From NCBI GenBank assembly GCA_016700135.1, contig CP065004.1:540001-572000 (forward strand): a stretch of 32,000 nucleotides of DNA, read 5' to 3'. Under the pieces are notes generated by a model. That model did not search any database. It was not told the origin of the DNA and saw nothing but the letters and a program-made list of their open reading frames with translations. The first letter of the stretch is position 1. Every line of letters starts with the position of its first letter. This document shows positions 1-7,308 of the stretch, in pieces. Source of the DNA: Candidatus Saccharimonadota bacterium. GTDB taxonomy: Bacteria; Patescibacteriota; Microgenomatia; UBA1406; GWC2-37-13. The position numbers were made by a program, and so were the translations under genes.

Positions 1-584
1 TGGATGATTGCCCCTTCATCATCATCCATCTTTGAAAGGGCAGAGGTAATTGCCGCCATCGTGTCGTTCGGGATATCGCGGTATGTTTTCAATGGCATGT
101 ATGTCTCCTTGCTTGCTTTCATTGCCTGAAAAGCAACTTTACCGTGCTCGGTAAAAATATTCGGTTCATCCACTTTTTTGATATCCGCGGACGGATAGTA
201 TCCGTAGATAGTTTTTTCAACCAAATCAACAATCTTGCTTGGAGCAGACACATAGAACCGGATATCTGATTTTGTCCCCACAATCTCAAATGCCATGGCA
301 TCACTAACATCCAAAAAACTCAGCCAGCCGCTGCTCTTTTTAAGAGAAGAGAAGGATGCAAACATCTGTTCAGCCGCATCAACCTTGATCTCATTGTCTT
401 TCGGGACTATCACCTGAAGGGTGATCATTTCATATGCCATTTGTTCCCGTTTTTTCAATCGGATATAGATCACCAGGAGATATGTGAAACCAATAGTAAG
501 AAGCGACGCAATGATTGCGCCGATGACTACAAAGCCGAAGAAAATGAGCCGGCTGATGACACCGTCAAATAATGCTTGATCCAT
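1..584 (-). CDS. Membrane-anchored protein, N-terminal 194 aa only (C-terminus lies beyond the window start); architecture resembles the N-terminal region of DUF87/HerA/TraG-type ATPases of small-genome bacteria
   Basis: My own translation of the minus strand from ATG at 584-582 is open to position 1 with no stop: MDQALFDGVISRLIFFGFVVIGAIIASLLTIGFTYLLVIYIRLKKREQMAYEMITLQVIVPKDNEIKVDAAEQMFASFSSL...AFEIVGTKSDIRFYVSAPSKIVDLVEKTIYGYYPSADI... It is missing from the ORF track because it is open-ended. It has one N-terminal TM helix. The functional family is recalled from memory, not searched. Confidence 0.6.
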   Translation of the reverse strand, partial: MDQALFDGVISRLIFFGFVVIGAIIASLLTIGFTYLLVIYIRLKKREQMAYEMITLQVIVPKDNEIKVDAAEQMFASFSSLKKSSGWLSFLDVSDAMAFEIVGTKSDIRFYVSAPSKIVDLVEKTIYGYYPSADIKKVDEPNIFTEHGKVAFQAMKASKETYMPLKTYRDIPNDTMAAITSALSKMDDDEGAII

Positions 585-645
585 AAAATAATTATACAGG
601 AAATCCACGTATCGGGATATTTAAGCTGTAAGAGGAGGGTAAAAA

Positions 646-1014
646 TCACTTCAAAAGAGCGTTTACTTTCTCTACAAATTGAGGCGGCGACATATCGCTT
701 TTTATCCAGTGGTCAGCCGCTTTTGCCAGTCTCTTTTTATCATTATCACTGGCATCAAGATTGGTCAAAAAAATTACCGGGCATTTTAGCTTTATCTGCT
801 CTTCGGTTAAAGCATCCATAATCTCAAACCCATCCATACCGGGCAGCATTACATCAAGGAGTACGAGATCCCAGGTATTTTTTTTAATCATATCAAAAGC
901 CTTCTTGCCGTCAACGGTCCCCGTGACATCATAGTGTTCGTTTTTCAATAGATCGGAATAGAGCTGATGCAGAAACTGATCATCCTCAACAAGAAGTATC
1001 TTTTTTTGAGCCAT
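646..1014 (-). CDS. Single-domain response regulator (CheY-like receiver)
   Basis: 122 aa. KILLVEDD acidic pocket, phospho-acceptor context DLVLLDVMLPGMDG, and a conserved K late in the domain (HWIKSD). No output domain. Confidence 0.9.
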   Translation of the reverse strand: MAQKKILLVEDDQFLHQLYSDLLKNEHYDVTGTVDGKKAFDMIKKNTWDLVLLDVMLPGMDGFEIMDALTEEQIKLKCPVIFLTNLDASDNDKKRLAKAADHWIKSDMSPPQFVEKVNALLK

Positions 1015-1033
1015 ATGCCCACCAGTATATCAC

Positions 1034-1065
1034 AAAAAAACCCTCCGAAGAAATCGGAGGGTTTT
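1034..1065 (-). terminator. Rho-independent terminator after the pilin gene
   Basis: Perfect 8-bp stem ccctccga/tcggaggg (1041-1048 / 1054-1061) with a 5-nt loop. On the minus strand it is followed by a T7 run (A7 at 1034-1040). It lies 12 nt downstream of the pilin stop. Confidence 0.75.
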
Positions 1066-1076
1066 AAGGTTTTTAC

Positions 1077-1517
1077 TTAGCGAGTGACTTGGATTGTGCC
1101 GCCATTTGCATCCGGTGCATAGATGGTTACACGATTGTTTTCAGCTGATGCTTCGTATCCTGTGTCATAAGCTGTACAGTCAGTGATGTCTGCTCCCTGG
1201 TTACTGGCAGGATCCTGCGGAAGTGCAGCGATATATGTCGGGACAAGAAGTGTGCACAGATCAACTCCTGTGTTACTGATTGCCGCAGGTGTTGCAGCCA
1301 TAGTACCCGGGACTTGTCCGTTGTTGGCGACCATATATTGATTAACAGCATTCAAAATGGCATTGATATCACTTCTTCGTTTTGTGTCATCTGCCTGCTG
1401 AAGCTGTTGACCTGGATTGACAGCAATAAGAGTAATAGCCAAAAGGACTGCAAGGATACCGATTACGACCAACAGTTCAATAAGCGTGAATCCTTTATTG
1501 TTTCTAAGTTTTAACAT
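1077..1517 (-). CDS. pilA: Type IV (major) pilin, prepilin with class III signal peptide
   Basis: 146 aa. MLKLRNNKG|FTLIELLVVIGILAVLL is a canonical G|F cleavage/methylation site with Glu at +5 and a hydrophobic alpha1-N helix. Two C-terminal Cys (DLC...DC) are consistent with a D-region disulfide. It has its own promoter and terminator and is the last pilin gene of the pilus cluster. Confidence 0.9.
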   Translation of the reverse strand: MLKLRNNKGFTLIELLVVIGILAVLLAITLIAVNPGQQLQQADDTKRRSDINAILNAVNQYMVANNGQVPGTMAATPAAISNTGVDLCTLLVPTYIAALPQDPASNQGADITDCTAYDTGYEASAENNRVTIYAPDANGGTIQVTR

Positions 1518-1545
1518 AGTACATAGAAATTAATAATATATTTTC

Positions 1546-1574
1546 AGAATAGTGAAATTTTAAGGGCATGTCAA
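1546..1574 (-). promoter_or_regulatory. Sigma70-like promoter of the pilin gene (second identical copy at 1817-1845)
   Basis: Minus strand reads TTGACA (1574-1569), a 17-nt spacer, then TATTCT (1551-1546), about 30 nt upstream of the pilin ATG. This is a sequence match only; there are no expression data. Confidence 0.5.
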
Positions 1575-1671
1575 GAGTATTTGCTGTGTTATCAATGCAG
1601 AAGCAATACATCACTCTTCTTCATCCTGCCTGTAAGTTGTGATGAGGACGTCACTCGTGAGTTCATCATTT

Positions 1672-1788
1672 TCACGGGTAGACTTCATAGCCGAGGGATT
1701 TTATCATAGCCAAAAGGACTGCAAGGATACCGATTACGACCAACAGTTCAATAAGCGTGAATCCTTTATTGTTTCTAAGTTTTAACAT
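1672..1788 (-). pseudogene. Truncated pilin N-terminal fragment created by the duplication (38-aa ORF)
   Basis: The ATG at 1788 has the same promoter and leader as pilA. It translates to MLKLRNNKGFTLIELLVVIGILAVLLA, fused to MIKSLGYEVYP* from the frameshifted duplicate of the upstream gene's 3' end. It is below the ORF-track size cutoff. Confidence 0.6.
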
Positions 1789-1881
1789 AGTACATAGAAA
1801 TTAATAATATATTTTCAGAATAGTGAAATTTTAAGGGCATGTCAAGAGTATTTGCTGTGTTATCAATGCAGAAGCAATACA

Positions 1882-2967
1882 TCACTCTTCTTCATCCTGC
1901 CTGTAAGTTGTGATGAGGACGTCACTCGTGAGTTCATCATTTTCACGGGTAGTAACTTCATAGCCGAGGGATTTTATCATGGTTGTAATTTCGTCTTTAT
2001 AGGATCTCGGAACCGACGGCTTGAAGACGATTGACGTTTTTTCTGAATCAAGAGTTGGAGCATTTCCTGTCGTGACATTGGTAAAATCAGCCTCAGCCAG
2101 GCGATCCTGTACCCGATCCGCTTCTCCTGCAATGCCTGAACCGTTCAGTACCCTGATCTCGATATCTTCTTTCGGGATATCCGGCTTAAGAGTTGCGGTA
2201 GGAGACGCCGTTGTCGGTGTGGCGGAAGGGAGTATCGGTACCGTGGCCGGTGCGGTGATATCAATCGGTTGTCTTGAAATTTGTTTCGGTGCCCGTTTTT
2301 TCTGCATATAAAAATAAAAAGCTACAAGAATTACAATCAGGACAGCAAAAACTCCCAACAGCAAATAAAGTCTGTTATTGCTTTGTTTTTTCGGTGTCGA
2401 GAATTCTTTTTCATCACGGTCAACATTTTTCGGCTCTTCATCCTTGACCGGAAAAGAGACCTGCTGGAGTGAGTTGAAGTGCTTCATAAGCTGACCTCCG
2501 ACCTGCCCGCTGAACGTGACTGACTGCTGTCCGTACAGAGCAAAAGTCGGGACTATCGCCTGTGTCGTAAATCCAGCCGATTCAAAAACGTTCTTTATGG
2601 CGTATGCAAATTCTTTATTCAGTGCGACGATTACGGTGGTGTTTCCTTGCGTATAGGGTTTGCTCAAAACTTTATTAAAAGGAACATTGTCGGTAAAATC
2701 CATGCGAAGCGTTTCAATTTCTTCCGGAGATGTTTTTTCAGGTATTACCTTTTCAAAATAACACTGAGAAGAGAAACATAAAAGAACGTCAGCGGGCTTG
2801 AGTTTGTTGGCTTTCACAAAATCACTGATTACTTTGGAAAGCTCTTCACCGCTTATGACTTCCATGTCCTGCACGGATGTCGGAGGGAAGGTGAGGGATA
2901 AAGCATTTTTTGCATCCCCACCAAAGTAATACAAACCTTTTCGGTCGACAAAAACAATAGCGCGCAT
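1882..2967 (-). CDS. Bitopic membrane protein with C-terminal LytR_C-type domain; pilus-operon accessory protein of unknown role
   Basis: 361 aa. It has a cytoplasmic N-domain, one TM helix (LYLLLGVFAVLIVILVAFYFY), a Pro/Thr-rich linker, then IEIRVLNGSGIAGEADRVQDRLAEADF...TSIVF, which is typical of the LytR C-terminal domain. It sits 4 nt downstream of the preceding pilin-like gene. Confidence 0.8.
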   Translation of the reverse strand: MRAIVFVDRKGLYYFGGDAKNALSLTFPPTSVQDMEVISGEELSKVISDFVKANKLKPADVLLCFSSQCYFEKVIPEKTSPEEIETLRMDFTDNVPFNKVLSKPYTQGNTTVIVALNKEFAYAIKNVFESAGFTTQAIVPTFALYGQQSVTFSGQVGGQLMKHFNSLQQVSFPVKDEEPKNVDRDEKEFSTPKKQSNNRLYLLLGVFAVLIVILVAFYFYMQKKRAPKQISRQPIDITAPATVPILPSATPTTASPTATLKPDIPKEDIEIRVLNGSGIAGEADRVQDRLAEADFTNVTTGNAPTLDSEKTSIVFKPSVPRSYKDEITTMIKSLGYEVTTRENDELTSDVLITTYRQDEEE

Positions 2968-2971
2968 ACTA

Positions 2972-3364
2972 TCAGTATACCGTGTTCCAGGAGGTAACTG
3001 TCAACCGGTTATCAATATAGGAAGCAGTGGCCTGAATGGTATGTCGGAACAAACCGTTAGCCGCTGTTGCATGGATGGTTTTGGTATCAGTTCCCGTGAC
3101 AGTGATAGTTATGGTATTGTCATCAAGGATGAGAGTCTCCCCGGAGTAGCTTGGATTTCTGATAAGTCTGAGAATTGCGTTTTCAACTCCGCTTTCTGCA
3201 GCTCCCATGACTGCGGATCGTGATTCGGTAATATGTGTCGCGCGGGAGGTGTTTATCATGATAGCAACGGAAGCCGCCGCGACAGATATTGCCATCACGG
3301 AAAATACCAGCAACGTTACCAATGTCTGGCCTTCCTGATTTTTTAAAATTTGCTGAAGTTTCAT
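2972..3364 (-). CDS. Pilin-like / pseudopilin protein lacking Glu+5 (PilX/GspK-like position)
   Basis: 130 aa. The N-terminus NQEG|QTLVTLLVFSVMAISVAAAS is a hydrophobic pilin-type helix without the +5 Glu. It is packed between other pilin genes with 3-4 nt gaps. Confidence 0.6.
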   Translation of the reverse strand: MKLQQILKNQEGQTLVTLLVFSVMAISVAAASVAIMINTSRATHITESRSAVMGAAESGVENAILRLIRNPSYSGETLILDDNTITITVTGTDTKTIHATAANGLFRHTIQATASYIDNRLTVTSWNTVY

Positions 3365-3367
3365 ATA

Positions 3368-3874
3368 TTATCTGATGCCGAAAATGGTATCAATAGTTGC
3401 TGTTTCCGCTCCGGTTGCATTTTCTGCGACACTTGTCACAGCCATTTGTACCTGAACGGTAGGATTACCGTCAATGTTTCCGATCTGTGTGAACGAAAGA
3501 CTTGTAACTCTTGAGCGCGGACTGATCATCTGATAGGTGTCAGCCGGAGTGGTCAATGTCAGAATTTCACCTGACAACTCATATACGTGCTCCTGTCCGG
3601 CGATTTCCAGGATAAGGGTATCGGATGTGTCTCCGGGATTTGCCGGCTCAATAACAGCGGCGGCACGGTCAAAATCGTATTGCATTCGGGAAATAATAAA
3701 GGTTGAGTCTGTTTCTGTAGCTGAAATTCCCTGATTCTCAAGCTGTTGCTGCACTGTTGCGGCAAATAAGGAAGATAAAACTACAAGGACTACGGAAAAT
3801 AATGCCATAAAAATCAAAAGCTCAACGAGTGTAAACCCTCCCTTTTTGTGTGTTTGATAAAAAAATGATTTCAT
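3368..3874 (-). CDS. Minor pilin (prepilin-type N-terminal cleavage/methylation domain; PilW/GspJ-like)
   Basis: 168 aa. KKGG|FTLVELLIFMALFSVVLVVL with Glu+5. Confidence 0.85.
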   Translation of the reverse strand: MKSFFYQTHKKGGFTLVELLIFMALFSVVLVVLSSLFAATVQQQLENQGISATETDSTFIISRMQYDFDRAAAVIEPANPGDTSDTLILEIAGQEHVYELSGEILTLTTPADTYQMISPRSRVTSLSFTQIGNIDGNPTVQVQMAVTSVAENATGAETATIDTIFGIR

Positions 3875-3875
3875 A

Positions 3876-5774
3876 TTATGGTGAATAGTTAACTACGGCT
3901 TCTTCAAAAACGGGTGTGGATGATGAGTCTGATGTTTCAAGATACGAACGGTACCTGAAGCACCTGCCCGGGTTCTCAAATCCCGCACTATCATCGTCAA
4001 AAGGTATCAGATCGTCTGAAGTATAGAAAGTGCTTGGTGTCCCGTCCGGTCCCACGAAATCAAATACCGCACCGCTGCAGCTTCCGCTTACACCGTCAGT
4101 AATCGCCACCTGATATTGAATGTTGGTATTCGGAGGCAAAACATCCTGCGGGATAAACCGATTAAATGCCGTCGAATATCCGACGTCGAAGGTTGCGGAT
4201 TCGTATATTCCTGATGATGCATAACTGAATCCGGGACCGCCGACAATAGTTTTAAATTCCGCGGCAGGATCACGGGTTACGATATACGAATACGCATCCC
4301 CGTCACTTTCAAGTACCGTGGATACTCCGTAAATCCCGCTGTCGACTTGAGCGCCGCCGCACTTTGTAGGACTGTTTTCATTCGTTACGTCAATAACCTG
4401 ATACTCTTCTCCTCCTGTCCCGACCAGAATAATTTTATTGCCTGTTCCCATAGCAACTCCTGTCGGACTCATGCCGCTTGCATTATATGAGCTGATGACC
4501 GGCATAGACCCGCTTTTATTACTGGTATTTATGATAAAAAGTTCATCCTGACTTCCGGAGCTGCTTGTCGCAAGATATGCCCGGGTTCCCGTTTCGTTTA
4601 CCCATACTTCCTGTCCGCGTTGTCCGTTTACGTTTGCATATGCCACATTCCGGATATTACTCGGATTCCGGACATCAACGACACGGAGTTCTGAAGAGCC
4701 ATAATCGAGAGCAACATACGCGTATCCGTTCACGACAGCCAGCCGGTATCCGGTTGCAAAGAAAGCCAGCATCACACGGTCAAGCTCAGGACGTGATCCG
4801 GTCTTGCTTGATAGATCAAAAGTATGCAGATTAAATCCAATTGTGACGTACCCGACATTGTCTCTTACATATACTCCCTGTGCAGTCCCGAACCAAGATG
4901 TGTCATTGAAGTACCCGACTTCCTGCATCGTTGTCAGATCAATGATAATGACATCCCGGCTCACATCCCCGGTTGCCGCATACGCATAGTTACCGTCTAT
5001 AAAAACATCGTTTGTCTCATAGCCGGTGAGTATCGATTCAATCGAAGCATTCGGCGGATAATTGTTATCAATTGCAACTTCTACAAATGATCCGCCGCTT
5101 CCCTGATGGGTTCCGGTAAATGCCTTTCCTTCATAGGCTTTTACGTCTTTTGCATTGCCGCTTCCGGGGAGATCAAGTTCGTTGACAATTGATGTGCTTG
5201 GCTGGCACCAGTCGCCCCGACCGCCGAGTCCGAGGATTACTTCTCCTCCGCTTGTGTTGGTGACGACTGTTCCGTTGTGCTCTCCTGTATTAAAATCAGC
5301 TTCCGTCGTCTGAATATATGTCGCATTATCAAGGTAGCGGGTCATGTACATAGTCGTGTCAATAGAAGTCGGGATCGGTTCATTCCAGGAAATGGAAATG
5401 ACTACCCGTTTCGTGGAAGGATCAATAGTCCCTCCTGAGCTCACAATTGTATTTGAAGAATCGCGAAGCACGGAAGAAATTTCAACTTGTGTCGTTATGC
5501 TGTTTTCAGTAATCGGATCCGGAGCTAAAGACCAACTGGTGCCGTCTGATACGGTGTGATATGTCCCGTTGTCCTGAATATTGCTCCAACCTGATTCGCG
5601 GATACTCCTTAGCGCCTCTTTTGTTTCCTGCAGTTTTTGTGCCGCAATTGCCCTTTTTTGCTGCTGCGGTCTGCCTTCACGGGAAGTTATGAGAGAGCCG
5701 ATCAATACAGGGAGAAGCATGGCCATGAGAGCCATAACAATAAGTATTTCTATGAGTGATTGTCCTTTTTGCAT
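3876..5774 (-). CDS. Large pilin-like protein with LVIVD-type beta-propeller repeats; candidate pilus tip/adhesin subunit
   Basis: 632 aa. The N-terminus MQKG|QSLIEILIVMALMAML has Glu+5. The central region has repeated modules: NYAYAATGDVSRDVIIIDLTT, GYAYVALDYGSSELRVVDVRNPSN, TRAYLATSSSGSQDELFIINTSN and NKIILVGTGGEEYQVIDVTNENSP. These match the LVIVD repeat pattern as I remember it. Confidence 0.8.
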   Translation of the reverse strand: MQKGQSLIEILIVMALMAMLLPVLIGSLITSREGRPQQQKRAIAAQKLQETKEALRSIRESGWSNIQDNGTYHTVSDGTSWSLAPDPITENSITTQVEISSVLRDSSNTIVSSGGTIDPSTKRVVISISWNEPIPTSIDTTMYMTRYLDNATYIQTTEADFNTGEHNGTVVTNTSGGEVILGLGGRGDWCQPSTSIVNELDLPGSGNAKDVKAYEGKAFTGTHQGSGGSFVEVAIDNNYPPNASIESILTGYETNDVFIDGNYAYAATGDVSRDVIIIDLTTMQEVGYFNDTSWFGTAQGVYVRDNVGYVTIGFNLHTFDLSSKTGSRPELDRVMLAFFATGYRLAVVNGYAYVALDYGSSELRVVDVRNPSNIRNVAYANVNGQRGQEVWVNETGTRAYLATSSSGSQDELFIINTSNKSGSMPVISSYNASGMSPTGVAMGTGNKIILVGTGGEEYQVIDVTNENSPTKCGGAQVDSGIYGVSTVLESDGDAYSYIVTRDPAAEFKTIVGGPGFSYASSGIYESATFDVGYSTAFNRFIPQDVLPPNTNIQYQVAITDGVSGSCSGAVFDFVGPDGTPSTFYTSDDLIPFDDDSAGFENPGRCFRYRSYLETSDSSSTPVFEEAVVNYSP

Positions 5775-5775
5775 G

Positions 5776-6249
5776 TTAGGGTAATTGTGTGAAAACTCCC
5801 AAAGCGTTTAAACCGATTATTGTCCCGTCTGATAAGCCGAAGCTGTTGTTTCCCGCGGTGAATCCCACAATTTCACCGCTCCCTTTTTCAAAAACAATTT
5901 GGGAGTCCGGGAACGTAATATTGTTGAAAGCAAGTTGTCCGTCGAGTGTTACCGTAAAATTTCTGCTGTCTGAAGGCGTGTAGGTGTCACCCTGAAATAA
6001 AGTATAAGTATTTGTTTCAAAATGGATTCCGTATCGATAGGTGTTTCCGTCATCCGATGCACCGTTCATCGCTTTTGTCTGTTGGAGTTTGATATCTGAA
6101 AGCAGAATTTCGAGTGATTTGCTTGAATATGCCTGCTGCTGTACACCTGATAGACTGACAATTGCCAGAGTCAACATGATTGCCATGATTGCCAAAACGA
6201 TGCCCAGTTCTATCAGGGTGAAGCCTTGTTGTTTCAGGTGATTATTCAT
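5776..6249 (-). CDS. Minor pilin (GspH/FimT-like prepilin)
   Basis: 157 aa. KQQG|FTLIELGIVLAIMAIMLTLAIV with Glu+5. Confidence 0.85.
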   Translation of the reverse strand: MNNHLKQQGFTLIELGIVLAIMAIMLTLAIVSLSGVQQQAYSSKSLEILLSDIKLQQTKAMNGASDDGNTYRYGIHFETNTYTLFQGDTYTPSDSRNFTVTLDGQLAFNNITFPDSQIVFEKGSGEIVGFTAGNNSFGLSDGTIIGLNALGVFTQLP

Positions 6250-6251
6250 AA

Positions 6252-7304
6252 TTATCGTGCCCCTACTTGTCCGATCAGGCTGTAGATAGGGGCTATGATA
6301 GAGAGCATCATTCCTCCGACGACTACCCCGATAAAAAGCAGCATGACAGGCTCAAGAAGAGTAGTAAGCGTATTTAAAGATCTCTGCACTTCATAATCCA
6401 TATGTTCCGAAACATCCTGCATTGCCTTGTCGAGTGATCCCGTTTTTTCTCCTGCTTCGACCAATTTGATAACAATCATCGGGACTAATCCTTTGCCGTC
6501 CCGGATACCTTCTGCGAATCTTTTTCCTGAAAGTACGGATTTTTGGGTATGCGCTACCAGTTTCTGCATATCCCGTCTCCAGACTATTTCTTCACACAGT
6601 TCCAATGCATTAGTTATGGTAAGTCCCGAAGAAAGCAGCAATGCCATACTTCTGGTAAAACGTGCAATATCAATCTGCTTGATCAGGCCTGAGATAAGGG
6701 GAAATGAGAAAAATATCCGCAATACAAATGCCCGTTTCTTGATATAAAGTACGATAAATCCGAGAATGAGTAATACCACTCCCACAATCAGGGCAAGTGT
6801 GTTGTGAATGATCAGGTCCGACATGAACATGAGTATCTTTGTCGGAAGAGGAAGTTCCACATCCATACGTCCGAATACGGATGCCAGTTTCGGCATAACA
6901 AAAATCAGAATAAGAAGCATCACGAGAAAAAATACTACCATGATTACAATCGGATAAATCATTGCCGACCTGATTTTATCCAAAAATTCCATCTCGTTCT
7001 GGACATGCTTTTTGATATCCTTTAATGCAACGTCAAGAGTCCCGGCTTCCTCTGAAGCACGGATGATATTGACCGTTACTTTGTCGAAGGTATTCGGGAA
7101 ACGGGCAAAAGAGGCATACACCTGTTTCCCCTGAGTTAAATCCTGACGCAGTTCAGATAACAATTTCTTTTGATTCCCCTTGGAATCCTCCAAAAGTGAA
7201 TCAACCGCCTCCAGGATTGAGATTCCGGCAGCCAGCATCGTTGATAAATTATCAAAAAGCGCGATTTTATCTTTTGTCTGGAGTGATAATTTTTTAGTAT
7301 CCAT
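6252..7304 (-). CDS. pilC: Type IV pilus / T2SS platform protein (PilC/GspF family)
   Basis: 350 aa. Two repeated GspF-type cytoplasmic domains are each followed by TM helices (e.g. LSTMLAAGISILEAV and MALLLSSGLTITNAL), and the C-terminus is EPVMLLFIGVVVGGMMLSIIAPIYSL. It lies directly downstream of pilB. Confidence 0.9.
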   Translation of the reverse strand: MDTKKLSLQTKDKIALFDNLSTMLAAGISILEAVDSLLEDSKGNQKKLLSELRQDLTQGKQVYASFARFPNTFDKVTVNIIRASEEAGTLDVALKDIKKHVQNEMEFLDKIRSAMIYPIVIMVVFFLVMLLILIFVMPKLASVFGRMDVELPLPTKILMFMSDLIIHNTLALIVGVVLLILGFIVLYIKKRAFVLRIFFSFPLISGLIKQIDIARFTRSMALLLSSGLTITNALELCEEIVWRRDMQKLVAHTQKSVLSGKRFAEGIRDGKGLVPMIVIKLVEAGEKTGSLDKAMQDVSEHMDYEVQRSLNTLTTLLEPVMLLFIGVVVGGMMLSIIAPIYSLIGQVGAR

Positions 7305-7308
7305 AATA

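Larger units (their letters stand above)
1437..1980. repeat. Tandem direct duplication (271 bp + 273 bp) spanning the 3' end of the LytR_C gene, the pilin promoter and the first 27 pilin codons
   Basis: Copy 1 (1437-1707) and copy 2 (1708-1980) align base for base, except gggtagacttc (copy 1) versus gggtagtaacttc (copy 2), a 2-bp indel. Confidence 0.95.

Noticed and set aside
1127-1514. 74-aa minus-strand and 66-aa plus-strand ORFs inside the pilin gene
   Set aside because: They are alternative frames of a gene with a canonical prepilin signature and have no independent support.
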